DNA of 64,000 nucleotides from Candidatus Gygaella obscura (GCA_030765485.1 JAVCCR010000032.1:55481-119480); one strand, 5' to 3'. Shown: positions 29,461-39,445, counted from the first letter of the stretch. A program made the numbers and translations. The notes: generated from the letters alone by a model not told the origin.

Positions 29461-30855
29461 ATGCCAGTAAAACTAAAGTTTTGCGGAGGGGTAAGAACCG
29501 TTACAGGGTCAAACCATCTTCTGATTACGGATAAATCGCGCATATTGATCGATTCTGGGATATTCTATGGTCATCGTGAAGAGTTCTATTCTGTTAATTC
29601 TTCATTTTCCTATAAGGTACACAAGCTTGATGCAGTCATAATATCTCATGCCCATATAGATCATTGTGGCAATGTGCCAAGCTTGATAAAAAGAGGCTTG
29701 CGCTGCAGGATTTTTTCTACTTCAGCCACGCGGTCTTTATGCCGTCTTATGCTTGCTGATAGTGGTAAAATCCAGGAAGAGGATATCCATTATTTAAATA
29801 AGGTTAATAGAAAATTAGGTCTTCCTTTAAGACAGGCGCTCTATACAAAAAAAGAAGGTGGAAGGTCAGTTAAAAAATTCCGTGGAATTGCCTATGGTCA
29901 AAGATTCAAAATTGCCAAAGACGTAGTACTTACTTTTGTAAATGCAGGACACATTTTAGGTTCAGCAGTAGTTGTTCTTGATATAGTCCAGAAAAACAAA
30001 AAACTAAGGTTAGGATATGCAGTGGATTTAGGTAGAAGCGGTTTGCCTATTCTGGATGGTCCAGTAGCTCCTGATGGTTTGGATTATTTGGTCATGGAGA
30101 CTACCTATGGAGGAAGATTCCATCCATCTAGTATTGATGCAAAAAAACAGTTTAAAGAAATTATTAATCGTACCATTGCTAGAAACGGCAAAGTGATTAT
30201 ACCTTCTTTTGCTTTAGAACGGGCCCAGGAAGTAATTTATTTATTAAATGAACTTTTAAAAGAAAAGGCGATTCCCTCTGTGCCGGTATATGTCGATAGC
30301 CCTTTGGCTATAGATATTACCGAGGTCTTCAAGGACAATCTTGCTTTTTTAGATGAGAAGACACGCACTTTAATTAGGACTAAACAAAGCCCTTTTGAGT
30401 TTTTGAATCTTAAATACACCAGAAGTCGCAGGGAATCTAAAGTGTTAAACGAAGATAAAAGGCCGATGATTATCATTGCTGGTTCGGGTATGTGCGAAGC
30501 AGGAAGAATCTTGCATCATTTGAAAAACAATATAGAGGATTCTCGCAATACTGTTTTAATCGTAGGATATACCGCAAGAGATACTCTGGGAGATAGAATA
30601 AGAAGGAAAGAAAAATTTGTTAAGATATTTGGTATCGAACACCAATTGAATGCTGAAGTAGAAGTTGTAGCAGGTTTTTCCGTGCATGCTGATAGTAACG
30701 GCCTGCTTGATTATGTAAAAAACTATCCCAAGTTAAAACAGGTTTTTCTTGTCCATGGCGATGAAGATCAAAGCCAGGCTTTTTATAAAAGATTGATAGA
30801 TGAAAAAATTCCCACATATATGCCTGTTAAAGATGAAGAGTTAATTCTCGATTGA
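29461..30855 (+). CDS. beta-CASP / MBL-fold RNA-processing metallo-hydrolase (CPSF/Ysh1-like)
   Basis: HxHxDH motif (SHAHIDHCGNVPSL) with beta-CASP and RNA-specificity C-terminal regions. I chose the start at MPVKLKF, downstream of the promoter that lies inside the ORF-track extension (29392). Confidence 0.75.
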   Translation: MPVKLKFCGGVRTVTGSNHLLITDKSRILIDSGIFYGHREEFYSVNSSFSYKVHKLDAVIISHAHIDHCGNVPSLIKRGLRCRIFSTSATRSLCRLMLADSGKIQEEDIHYLNKVNRKLGLPLRQALYTKKEGGRSVKKFRGIAYGQRFKIAKDVVLTFVNAGHILGSAVVVLDIVQKNKKLRLGYAVDLGRSGLPILDGPVAPDGLDYLVMETTYGGRFHPSSIDAKKQFKEIINRTIARNGKVIIPSFALERAQEVIYLLNELLKEKAIPSVPVYVDSPLAIDITEVFKDNLAFLDEKTRTLIRTKQSPFEFLNLKYTRSRRESKVLNEDKRPMIIIAGSGMCEAGRILHHLKNNIEDSRNTVLIVGYTARDTLGDRIRRKEKFVKIFGIEHQLNAEVEVVAGFSVHADSNGLLDYVKNYPKLKQVFLVHGDEDQSQAFYKRLIDEKIPTYMPVKDEELILD

Positions 30856-30856
30856 A

Positions 30857-32680
30857 ATGAATCCGTCGGCTATTATTAAAAATTTATCCCAAGATAACGA
30901 CTTTTGTTTTTTTGATTCAGTTAAAATAGATAGGTTTAATCGCTATAGTTATCTTTTTACTGATCCGGTAGATATAATCACTACAAATAGTTTATCTCAG
31001 GTAAAGAGGCTTTTAAGACAGATAGAAAAAGCAAAAAAAAGATATTATCTTGGCGGGTTTTTAAGTTACGAATTGGCTGATTTTGTTGAACCGACGATAG
31101 GCTTTAAACAGGAGTATGATTTTCCTTTATTGTGGTTCGGTATCTATAAAAAGCCGATAGTCTTTAAAACAAATAAATCTGCAAGATCAGAGAATAGACA
31201 GTCTTCTTATTTTATTCAAAATCACAGGGTTAACATAACAGACAGAGAGTATTTTGAGAAGATTAAAAAAATTAAGAATTATATAAGAAAGGGCCAAACT
31301 TATCAGATTAATTTTACCTATAAAGATAAATTTAATTTTTTCGGTTCACCAATTGATTTTTATTTTGATTTAAGATCCAGGCAGCCAACCGGATTCAGCG
31401 CATATATTCATTTTAAAGATTCGTGTATTCTTTCTTTATCTCCGGAGTTATTTTTTCGTAAACGGGGTAGTTATATTTATACCCGGCCGATGAAGGGTAC
31501 GATTAAAAAAGGAAAAAACATTATAGATAATAGAAACAATATGAAAGCTTTAAGGGCAAGCGCCAAGGATAGAAGCGAGAATATTATGATTGTTGATCTT
31601 ATCCGTAACGACTTGGCAAGAATATCTATTGAAAGTTCTGTTCAAGCATTTGATTTATTTCGAATTGAGAAGTATAAGTCTCTTTTGCAGATGACTTCAT
31701 CAGTAAAAGCAAAAGTCGATAAAGATATTTGTTTTTTCGATTTGATTAAAAATGTTTTTCCTTCTGGTTCCGTCACGGGGGCGCCGAAGATAAGTTCGAT
31801 GAAACTTATTAAAGCACTTGAAAAAGAGCCGCGCAGGATCTATACGGGTTCTGTTGGTTTTATAACGCCTGATAACGATAGTTGTTTTAATGTTTCTATC
31901 CGGACAGTTTTGATAGATAAGAAAAAGCATGCTGCCGAAATGGGTATTGGAAGCGGTATAGTTTATGATTCTATAAGCAAAAAAGAACTAAAAGAATGCA
32001 GGCTCAAGGCAGATTTCTTAACCCATTTGGCCCAGAATGAGTTTAAATTGATTGAGACTATTCTTTTCTCGCAGAAAGAAAAATATTTTCTGCTTGATTA
32101 TCATTTTAAGAGATTATCTGAATCCGCAAGTTTTTTTGATTATTCTTTTAAGGCTTCTATGATTAAGGATAAGCTAAATTCTTACGCAAAAAGATTAAAG
32201 TTAAATAGCTGTCCTTATAAGGTTAGACTTCTTTTATCAAAGCAAGGCAAGATACAATTGACTCATTCTAGACTAAATACCAATAGAGAATCATTATATG
32301 TTAAAATCAGCCCTGAAAGAATAGATCCAAGCAATATATTTCTTTATCATAAAACTACCAATAGGTCTATATACGATAGAGGTTTAAGGAAATCAAGAGC
32401 ATCCGGTTTGTTTGATTTTATTTATTTAAACCAGAAAAATGAAATCTGTGAAAGCTCTATCGGAAACGTTGTTATAAAAAAAGGCTCTTTTTTCTTCACT
32501 CCTCCAATAAGCTGCGGATTGCTTCCCGGTGTTTATCGGGATTTTTTGATCAGTAAAAGCTTATTAAAAAATAGAATAAAGGAAAAGATTTTGTTTATGG
32601 AAGATTTGGTTAATTGCGATAAAATTTTTATTATTAATTCTGTAATAAAAATGTTCGAAGTAAAACTATTGACAAAATAA
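30857..32680 (+). CDS. pabBC: aminodeoxychorismate synthase component I fused to aminodeoxychorismate lyase (PabB-PabC fusion)
   Basis: 607 aa. The N-terminal ~390 aa are a chorismate-binding domain (PKISSMKLIKALEKEPRRIYTGSVGF) and the C-terminal ~200 aa are aminotransferase class IV-like. Confidence 0.75.
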   Translation: MNPSAIIKNLSQDNDFCFFDSVKIDRFNRYSYLFTDPVDIITTNSLSQVKRLLRQIEKAKKRYYLGGFLSYELADFVEPTIGFKQEYDFPLLWFGIYKKPIVFKTNKSARSENRQSSYFIQNHRVNITDREYFEKIKKIKNYIRKGQTYQINFTYKDKFNFFGSPIDFYFDLRSRQPTGFSAYIHFKDSCILSLSPELFFRKRGSYIYTRPMKGTIKKGKNIIDNRNNMKALRASAKDRSENIMIVDLIRNDLARISIESSVQAFDLFRIEKYKSLLQMTSSVKAKVDKDICFFDLIKNVFPSGSVTGAPKISSMKLIKALEKEPRRIYTGSVGFITPDNDSCFNVSIRTVLIDKKKHAAEMGIGSGIVYDSISKKELKECRLKADFLTHLAQNEFKLIETILFSQKEKYFLLDYHFKRLSESASFFDYSFKASMIKDKLNSYAKRLKLNSCPYKVRLLLSKQGKIQLTHSRLNTNRESLYVKISPERIDPSNIFLYHKTTNRSIYDRGLRKSRASGLFDFIYLNQKNEICESSIGNVVIKKGSFFFTPPISCGLLPGVYRDFLISKSLLKNRIKEKILFMEDLVNCDKIFIINSVIKMFEVKLLTK

Positions 32681-32696
32681 AAAATAATTGTATAAT
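32669..32696 (+). promoter_or_regulatory. sigma70-type promoter TTGACA-16-TATAAT upstream of the por operon
   Basis: TTGACA at 32669-32674 and TGTATAAT ending at 32696, in the last codons and 3' flank of pabBC and ~43 nt upstream of porG. Confidence 0.55.
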
Positions 32697-32738
32697 TAAA
32701 ATTCGGTTTTCCCTCAAGGTATAAAACAAACTAAAAGA

Positions 32739-33290
32739 ATGAAAGAAATAAGAATACACGCTCGCGCCGGTCAAGGCGCAATAACAACGGCAGTAATATT
32801 AGGACAAGCTTTTTTTCAGGAAGGAAAGCATGTCTATGCTTTTCCTCATTTTGGAGCAGCGAGAATGGGTGCTCCTATGAATGCTTTTGTGCGCGTTGAT
32901 GATGATCCTGTAAGGTTGAGGAGTCAGATTTATTATCCTGATTATCTTTTAGTAATAGATGATACTCTTTTAAGGGGTTTTAATTGTTTCGCTGGCTTTA
33001 AGGACAGGGGAATTGCAGTAATTAATAGCAATCAAAGTTCGCATAATACGGGTCTTACAAAAATGCAAAAGGCTTATTGTCTTCCCGGAAATGAAATTGC
33101 CTTAAAAACAATAGGTAAACCTTTAGGTAATACTGCTATTTTAGGTGCTTTTGTGGCTGCTACGGATGAGTTGAAGCTAGATTCTTTATTGGCAAGTATA
33201 GAAAAACGTTTTCCTGAGAAAATCCGTAAAGTAAATATTGAGGCTGCAAAGCAGGGTTATGAATTTGTAAAAAATATAAGGAATAAATAA
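32739..33290 (+). CDS. porG: pyruvate:ferredoxin oxidoreductase gamma subunit
   Basis: 183 aa PorG-like, in a four-gene porGDAB arrangement. Confidence 0.85.
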   Translation: MKEIRIHARAGQGAITTAVILGQAFFQEGKHVYAFPHFGAARMGAPMNAFVRVDDDPVRLRSQIYYPDYLLVIDDTLLRGFNCFAGFKDRGIAVINSNQSSHNTGLTKMQKAYCLPGNEIALKTIGKPLGNTAILGAFVAATDELKLDSLLASIEKRFPEKIRKVNIEAAKQGYEFVKNIRNK

Positions 33291-33291
33291 T

Positions 33292-33546
33292 ATGTTTGGT
33301 CCTTTGACAGCAAAACCAGGTTCAAGTCAAAATAACAAGACAGGTTCTTGGAGGATTAAAGCAAGGCCTAAATTCTTAAAAAAAGAATGCATTGGTTGCA
33401 AGCTTTGTAGTTTAGTTTGTCCGGAAGGCTGCATCACAGGAACTGATAAGGATTCAATCAAGTGTGATCTTGATTATTGTAAAGGCTGCGGTTTATGTGT
33501 AAAGATTTGTCCTAAAAAAGATATTGTAATGGAAGAGGAAAAATGA
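33292..33546 (+). CDS. porD: pyruvate:ferredoxin oxidoreductase delta subunit (2x[4Fe-4S] ferredoxin)
   Basis: 84 aa with two CxxCxxCxxxCP motifs. Confidence 0.85.
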   Translation: MFGPLTAKPGSSQNNKTGSWRIKARPKFLKKECIGCKLCSLVCPEGCITGTDKDSIKCDLDYCKGCGLCVKICPKKDIVMEEEK

Positions 33547-34718
33547 GACAGTTTCTTGAAGGTTCACAGGCCATTGCTAAGATTGTTTCTCTTTGTCGTC
33601 CGGGTGTAATATCAGCATATCCGATAACTCCTCAAACACATATTGTTGAAGGTTTGGCTAAATATGTTGCAGACGGTAAATTAAAAAGTGAGTTTGTCAA
33701 TGTAGAAAGCGAACATTCCGCAGCCTCAGTAGTTTTAGGAGGTTCTGCCGGAGGGGCAAGAGTATTTACCGCAACCAGCTCTCAAGGGCTTTTTCTGATG
33801 GCGGAAGTAGTGTTTAATATTGCCGGTATGAGGCTACCGGTAGTTATGCTTGTGGCTAATCGTGCAATATCTGCTCCGATAAATATCTGGAATGACCATC
33901 AGGACAGTGTTTCTTTAAGAGACTCTGGATGGATTCAGATGTATGCGGAAAATATACAAGAGGCAGTTGATGCTACGCTTTTTGCTTATAAAATCGCCGA
34001 AAATAAAGATATAATGCTTCCGGTTATGGTATGTATGGATGGGTTTATACTTACACATGGTTTAGAGCCTGTTGATATGCCGCAGGAACAGGATGTTAAG
34101 AAATTCTTGCCTGATTATAAGGCAATATTAAAACTGGATGTTGATAATCCTATAAGTATGGGGTTATTGGCTGATCCGGATTATTATTTAGAAACAAGAT
34201 ATGCTATTCAAAAGACCCATGATGACATATTAGAACTTATTCCTAAACTTTCTGAGGAGTTTGAAGGAGTATTTGGTAGGAAAGGTATTGGTTTAGTGGA
34301 AGAATACTATACTAAAGATGCAGATAAGGTTATTGTGGCTATGGGTTCAGTGACTGGAACAATAAAAGAGGCAGTTGATATTATGCGTGCCAAGAAGAAA
34401 AAAGTAGGGTTACTGAAAATAAATACCTACAGACCATTTCCATACAAGGAAGTTTATAGAGTACTTTCAAAAGCAAAGTCAGTTGCCGTATTGGATAAGG
34501 CAGTTTCCCTGGGTGCTTACGGGCCTTTATATGCGGATATAGCCAGTGCTTTTACCGGAAAGTCGAAATTACCCAAGATAAGCGGTTTTATTGCAGGTTT
34601 AGGTGGAAGAGATATTATGCTTGATACGATTTATGGTATTTTTAAAAAACTTAACGGTACAGTAAAACCGTGTGAATATGTAGATATTAAACAGGAATTA
34701 TTAAGAGATCATTTATGA
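33543..34718 (+). CDS. porA: pyruvate:ferredoxin oxidoreductase alpha subunit
   Basis: 391 aa with PorA-like N-terminal AYPITPQT. Confidence 0.9.
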   Translation: MRQFLEGSQAIAKIVSLCRPGVISAYPITPQTHIVEGLAKYVADGKLKSEFVNVESEHSAASVVLGGSAGGARVFTATSSQGLFLMAEVVFNIAGMRLPVVMLVANRAISAPINIWNDHQDSVSLRDSGWIQMYAENIQEAVDATLFAYKIAENKDIMLPVMVCMDGFILTHGLEPVDMPQEQDVKKFLPDYKAILKLDVDNPISMGLLADPDYYLETRYAIQKTHDDILELIPKLSEEFEGVFGRKGIGLVEEYYTKDADKVIVAMGSVTGTIKEAVDIMRAKKKKVGLLKINTYRPFPYKEVYRVLSKAKSVAVLDKAVSLGAYGPLYADIASAFTGKSKLPKISGFIAGLGGRDIMLDTIYGIFKKLNGTVKPCEYVDIKQELLRDHL

Positions 34719-35608
34719 GTAAAGATACGTTTAATTCAGAAAAACCTTATCTTTTAAAACCAGGACATACTGCATGCGCCGGGTGCGGGCAGTCTTTAGC
34801 TGCACGTCTTGTAATTGATGCAGCAGGTAAAAATACTATAGTAGTTAACAATACAGGATGTTTAGAGGTGTTTAGCACTAAATGTCCTGAGTCAAGCTGG
34901 GGTGTTCCTTGGGTGCATTCGCTTTTTGAGAATGCTGCTGCTGTGGCTTCAGGAGTTGAAGCGTCTTTAAAATACTTCGGGAAAAAAGATAAAATTAATG
35001 TTATTGCCCAGGCAGGAGATGGAGGAACCGCGGATATTGGTTTGCAGGCTTTATCGGGAATGCTTGAACGGGGACATGACATATTATATGTTTGTTACGA
35101 TAACGAAGCCTATATGAATACAGGTATTCAGCGTAGCGGTCTTACGCCGTTTAACTCTAATACAACAACAACTCCGCCAGGAAGTGAATCTAAGGGTAAT
35201 TGGAGGCCTAAAAAGCCGATTCATGAGATTTGCAATGCACATGGTATTGCTTATGTTGCAACTTCTACTATAGCCTATCCTCAGGATATACAGCAAAAGG
35301 TGAAGAAGGCACTTTCTATTAAGGGTCCAAAATACATGCAGATACATGTGCCTTGTCCTTTGGGCTGGCGTTTTGACCCGTCTTTGTCTTTAGAAGTGGC
35401 TAAACTTGCTGTAGAAACCGGGCTTTATCCGATTATAGAATATGAAAATATGAAGCTTTCCAGGGTGAGAAAAATTACTCCTAAACCAGTAGCGGAATAC
35501 TTAAAAACCCAGGGAAGATTTAAACATCTTTTAAATGATGAAGAGGCATTGTTGCAGATTCAGAAAATTGCCGATACAAATATAGAAGTATACGGTCTTA
35601 AAGTCTAG
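34715..35608 (+). CDS. porB: pyruvate:ferredoxin oxidoreductase beta subunit (TPP-binding)
   Basis: 297 aa with CAGCG and GDGG TPP motifs. Confidence 0.9.
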   Translation: MSKDTFNSEKPYLLKPGHTACAGCGQSLAARLVIDAAGKNTIVVNNTGCLEVFSTKCPESSWGVPWVHSLFENAAAVASGVEASLKYFGKKDKINVIAQAGDGGTADIGLQALSGMLERGHDILYVCYDNEAYMNTGIQRSGLTPFNSNTTTTPPGSESKGNWRPKKPIHEICNAHGIAYVATSTIAYPQDIQQKVKKALSIKGPKYMQIHVPCPLGWRFDPSLSLEVAKLAVETGLYPIIEYENMKLSRVRKITPKPVAEYLKTQGRFKHLLNDEEALLQIQKIADTNIEVYGLKV

Positions 35609-35626
35609 TAAAAAGGAGAAGGTATT

Positions 35627-35806
35627 ATGAAAGTAACAGTTGATGAGTCTTTATGCGTTGGCTGCGGTCTGTGTGAATCTAATTGTTCAGAGGTTTTTAA
35701 GATGGATAATGGTATTGCCAAGGTAGTAAAGGAAGACGGAACAGGTTGTGATGTAAAATCCATGGCTGAGCAGTGCCCAGTAACAGCAATAAAGGTAGAA
35801 GAATAA
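35627..35806 (+). CDS. small [4Fe-4S] ferredoxin (59 aa)
   Basis: MKVTVDESLCVGCGLCESNCSEVFKMDNGIAKVVKEDGTGCDVKSMAEQCPVTAIKVEE, with RBS AAGGAG at 35613-35618. Missing from the ORF track. Confidence 0.7.
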   Translation: MKVTVDESLCVGCGLCESNCSEVFKMDNGIAKVVKEDGTGCDVKSMAEQCPVTAIKVEE

Positions 35807-35822
35807 TAATAAAATCACTCTT

Positions 35823-36671
35823 GTGAAAGAGGCAAGATTTTATAAAGTATTAGCAGGGGATAAGGTTCAATGTGAACTTTGTCCCCATTTTTGTTTATTG
35901 GAGTCTGGCGCAACCGGTAGCTGTAGGGTAAGAAAAAATATTAACGGCAAGCTTTTTACGCTTAATTACGCCAAAATAAGTTCTTTTGCTTTAGACCCAA
36001 TAGAGAAAAAACCACTTTACCATTTTCATCCCAAAGAATATATTTTATCTGTTGGTTCAGCTGGCTGTAATTTTGAGTGTGCTTTTTGTCAAAATTGGAC
36101 AATATCTCAAGAAACGTCTAATTTAAAAGAAACAACAAGTGAATTTTTAATCCAGCAGGCTAAGTCGAATAAGTCTTTTGGTATTGCCTATACCTATAAC
36201 GAACCTTTTATCTGGTATGAATTTGTTTTTGATACAGCTAGGCTTGCTAAAAAAGAGGGGTTGAAAAACGTTTTGGTTACAAATGGATTCGTAAACCAAA
36301 AGCCGTTAGAAGAGATGTTGCAGTTTATTGATGCGATGAACATAGATTTAAAATCTATGGACGAAGGTTTTTATCAAGATATTTGTAAAGGAAGCTTGAA
36401 TCCTGTATTGGATACTATAAAAAAATCTGCTCAAGTTTGCCATGTGGAACTGACCAATCTTGTAATACCAGGGCTTAACGATAAAGAGGATTATTTTTGT
36501 AAGTTGAGAGATTGGGTTTTTGATAATCTCGGAGCTGATATAGTAGTGCATTTAAGTAGATATTTTCCTTGTTATAAGATGGATATTGGCCCTACCTCTT
36601 TAGAGACTCTTAAAATTGCACAGGGTATAATTCAAAAGAAATTAAAATATGTATATTTGGGTAATGTTTAG
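35823..36671 (+). CDS. AmmeMemoRadiSam-system-type radical SAM enzyme (AmrS/PflA-like)
   Basis: GTG start. N-terminal zinc-like CxxCPHxC, radical SAM CNFECAFCQNW and DPIEKKPLYHF. Confidence 0.75.
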   Translation: MKEARFYKVLAGDKVQCELCPHFCLLESGATGSCRVRKNINGKLFTLNYAKISSFALDPIEKKPLYHFHPKEYILSVGSAGCNFECAFCQNWTISQETSNLKETTSEFLIQQAKSNKSFGIAYTYNEPFIWYEFVFDTARLAKKEGLKNVLVTNGFVNQKPLEEMLQFIDAMNIDLKSMDEGFYQDICKGSLNPVLDTIKKSAQVCHVELTNLVIPGLNDKEDYFCKLRDWVFDNLGADIVVHLSRYFPCYKMDIGPTSLETLKIAQGIIQKKLKYVYLGNV

Positions 36672-38125
36672 TTTGTAAGCGCAGAAATATTACTTTGTAG
36701 ATTTGCCTTTTTTCTGAGTTGGCTGAGTAGTTTTAGGTTGGAGTTGTTCTCTTCTTTTGTTAATTCCGTTTGTAGGAAATTTTTCTTATCTTTGTTAAAT
36801 TTTTCCATATCTAGAGGGTCTAGTTTATTTATTCTAAAAAGATAGAATTTATTTTCTATTCTTAAAGGAGGACTTATTTCATTTTCTTTCAACACAAAAG
36901 CGATATTAGCCAGCTCTTTGCTGTATCCGAGCTTAGGAAATATCTTTGTTTGCCTGGTAAAAGTTGAAGTTGTAAAGGGTTTCTTTTTTAAAGATTTTGC
37001 CAGCTGTTTAAAGTTCTTTTTTGATTCTTGTTTTTGTTTTTTTATCATTTGATCGTAAAAAAGATTTATTTCATTTAATGCGAGTTTTGTTTTTTGTTCA
37101 TTAGTTATTTTATCAATAATTATTCCTTTTGCTTTGTTAAAATCAATAGTATAGCCATCTTTTTTTTCTAAGACCTTGAGCATAAAGTAGCCATTACTGA
37201 TTTCCATAGGACTGCTGATTTTGCCTACGGGTAAAAACGTTGAGATTGCTATAATCTGGCTTTCGGGATCTTTGTCTGAAAGTAGTTTATTGTCGGCAAT
37301 TCTTTCTCCCGTAGTTTTAAAGTCGAGAGAGTTAGTTTTTGCAAATTGTTCTAGTTGGGTATACTCATCTATATTTATTACAAGAGCATCTATTTTTGAT
37401 TTGATGTTTTCTTTTTCTGATTTCGTAATTTTCTTTTTATAAAAGGTTCCTAGATATGCGGTGTCAATCATAACTTTGTTCTGAAAATCCTTAATATTTT
37501 TTTCATAGTAAGCTTTGATTTCATTCGAGGAGGGTTTTTCTATTTTAAAATCATCGCAGTCCACATATATATAATTTAATGAAATTTTTTCGTGTTCTTT
37601 TTTGTAACGCGCGATAAGCTCATTTTCAGTAATTGAAATATTAGAATTATTTTTAGCGTAAAGTTTCTCGATTGTAAGGGCATCTCTGATTTCTTCTTCG
37701 AATTGACGTTTCGATATATTAAAAGTAATTTCAAGTATCTGTTGATAAAGGTATTTATCAAAATAACCGTCTTTTTTAAAAAAGGGCATAGAGGCTATGG
37801 TTTTAATCACTTTTTTATCGTTAATTTTTATTCTTATTTTTTTTGCTTCCTGAAGCAGTATTAATCTATCCCAGGCCAGCTTATTTATGGTAAACGGGTT
37901 GGGTTTTTGAGGAATGCCTTTTAGTATAAAGATATGCTCGACAGCTAGTTTGCTTTTTAAGAATTTTTTTACAGAGATTTTTTTACCAAACATCTCTCCG
38001 GCGTATTCGTTGGAACGATCTTGCAAGGCAAAGTTTGCACCCCAGAGTATGAAAGAGGGCACAATTAGAATGGTTAATACCCAGATTATCCTTTTAATGT
38101 GTTTTTTGTTTAATTTGCCAAACAT
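36668..38125 (-). CDS. periplasmic chaperone / PPIase, PpiD/SurA-like
   Basis: 485 aa with an N-terminal TM anchor and a SurA_N-like region. It is convergent with amrS and overlaps it by 4 nt. Confidence 0.7.
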   Translation of the reverse strand: MFGKLNKKHIKRIIWVLTILIVPSFILWGANFALQDRSNEYAGEMFGKKISVKKFLKSKLAVEHIFILKGIPQKPNPFTINKLAWDRLILLQEAKKIRIKINDKKVIKTIASMPFFKKDGYFDKYLYQQILEITFNISKRQFEEEIRDALTIEKLYAKNNSNISITENELIARYKKEHEKISLNYIYVDCDDFKIEKPSSNEIKAYYEKNIKDFQNKVMIDTAYLGTFYKKKITKSEKENIKSKIDALVINIDEYTQLEQFAKTNSLDFKTTGERIADNKLLSDKDPESQIIAISTFLPVGKISSPMEISNGYFMLKVLEKKDGYTIDFNKAKGIIIDKITNEQKTKLALNEINLFYDQMIKKQKQESKKNFKQLAKSLKKKPFTTSTFTRQTKIFPKLGYSKELANIAFVLKENEISPPLRIENKFYLFRINKLDPLDMEKFNKDKKNFLQTELTKEENNSNLKLLSQLRKKANLQSNISALTN

Positions 38126-38169
38126 ATTATATATTTATACACTCATTTAATATATTTGCAATAATTTTC

Positions 38170-38198
38170 TTTACAAAATATCCTTTACTCTGTATAAT
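38170..38198 (+). promoter_or_regulatory. sigma70-type promoter TTTACA-17-TATAAT upstream of hisG
   Basis: TTTACA at 38170-38175, a 17 bp spacer, and TGTATAAT ending at 38198. Confidence 0.55.
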
Positions 38199-38219
38199 GA
38201 GCCAAAACGTAATAAGAAA

Positions 38220-39107
38220 ATGAAGACAAACAAAAATATTCTAAAGCTTGGTTTGCCTAAAGGCAGCCTTCAGGAATCCACTTTTAAGATGTTGCGTAAA
38301 GCCGGATTTAATATTTCTGTATCTTCTCGTTCATATTTTCCCAGTATTGACGATGATGAGATAGAATGTGTGCTGTTGCGTGCTCAAGAGATGTCTCGTT
38401 ATGTTGAGCAGGGGGCTTTAGATTGTGGGATAACCGGTAACGACTGGATTCTTGAAAACGGTTCAAAAGTTGAAATGATTGCCGATCTGATTTATGCTAA
38501 ACAAAGCCTATTGCCTGTAAGATGGGTAATTGCGGTTCCAGAAAGTTCCTCTATTCGTAGTATCAGAGATCTAAAGGGTAAGCTTATTGCTACAGAATTA
38601 GTTAATGTTACAAAGAAGTTTTTAAAGAAAAAGAATGTAAAAGCGGAAGTAGAATTCAGCTGGGGAGCTACGGAAGTAAAAGTGGCATCTAACCTTGTAG
38701 ATGCGATAGTTGAGCTTACTGAGACCGGTAGGAGTCTGCGGGCTAACAAATTAAGGATTTTGGATACGATATGCACTTCTACAACGAAGCTTATTGCTAA
38801 TAAGATTTCTTATAGCAATAATTGGAAAAGGCAAAAAATCAATAATCTGAAATTATTATTAAACGGGGCTATTTCTGCTGAAGGAAAAGTTGGTATGAAG
38901 ATGAATGTCAGCGAGAAGAATTTGAATAAATTGCTTAAGGTTGTTTCCGCCCTGAAAAATCCTACAATATCGAAATTGAGCAAGCCCGGATGGGTGGCTT
39001 TAGAGGTTGTTATTGATGAGAGCGTGGTTCGAAAGATTATTCCTTGCCTTAAAGCAAACGGGGCAGAAGGAATTATTGAATATTCACTCAACAAGCTTAT
39101 TTATTAG
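38220..39107 (+). CDS. hisG: ATP phosphoribosyltransferase, long form
   Basis: 295 aa with [10 protein letters not shown] and a C-terminal regulatory domain. Confidence 0.85.
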   Translation: MKTNKNILKLGLPKGSLQESTFKMLRKAGFNISVSSRSYFPSIDDDEIECVLLRAQEMSRYVEQGALDCGITGNDWILENGSKVEMIADLIYAKQSLLPVRWVIAVPESSSIRSIRDLKGKLIATELVNVTKKFLKKKNVKAEVEFSWGATEVKVASNLVDAIVELTETGRSLRANKLRILDTICTSTTKLIANKISYSNNWKRQKINNLKLLLNGAISAEGKVGMKMNVSEKNLNKLLKVVSALKNPTISKLSKPGWVALEVVIDESVVRKIIPCLKANGAEGIIEYSLNKLIY

Positions 39108-39129
39108 TTTATAGCAGGAGGAATTATCT

Positions 39130-39231
39130 ATGCCTTGCGGAAAAAAAAGAAAAAGAAGAAAAATCCGCACCCATAAGAGAAAAAAATCAAGAAGACGTCT
39201 TCGTCACGTCAAAAAGAGAGACTGGAATTAA
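39130..39231 (+). CDS. 33-aa ultra-basic peptide (candidate small ribosome-associated protein)
   Basis: MPCGKKRKRRKIRTHKRKKSRRRLRHVKKRDWN, with a strong SD (AGGAGG at 39113-39118). About 67% K/R. Resembles bS22-type small basic ribosomal peptides. Confidence 0.4.
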   Translation: MPCGKKRKRRKIRTHKRKKSRRRLRHVKKRDWN

Positions 39232-39445
39232 TTTCTCCTAACTTTGACCATTGATGTCCTTTTCTTTTAATACAAGAATAAAATTACAGGGTGTTTTTTA
39301 TAGTTGTGTTTTTGTTTTGGTTAATTTTTCTTATAATAAAAATTGAGCAATTGACAAGGTTTTTGATTATTGGTAGAAATTATTGAAGGTTGATTTTTGC
39401 AGAATGATATAACAGAGAGATTGGATAAAATAGAAACGAAACTCG

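Noticed and set aside
39232-39445. 213-bp non-coding stretch upstream of transketolase considered for a riboswitch or small RNA
   Set aside because: It is T-rich with weak promoter-like elements only. I could find no recognisable riboswitch core, conserved hairpin series or ORF.
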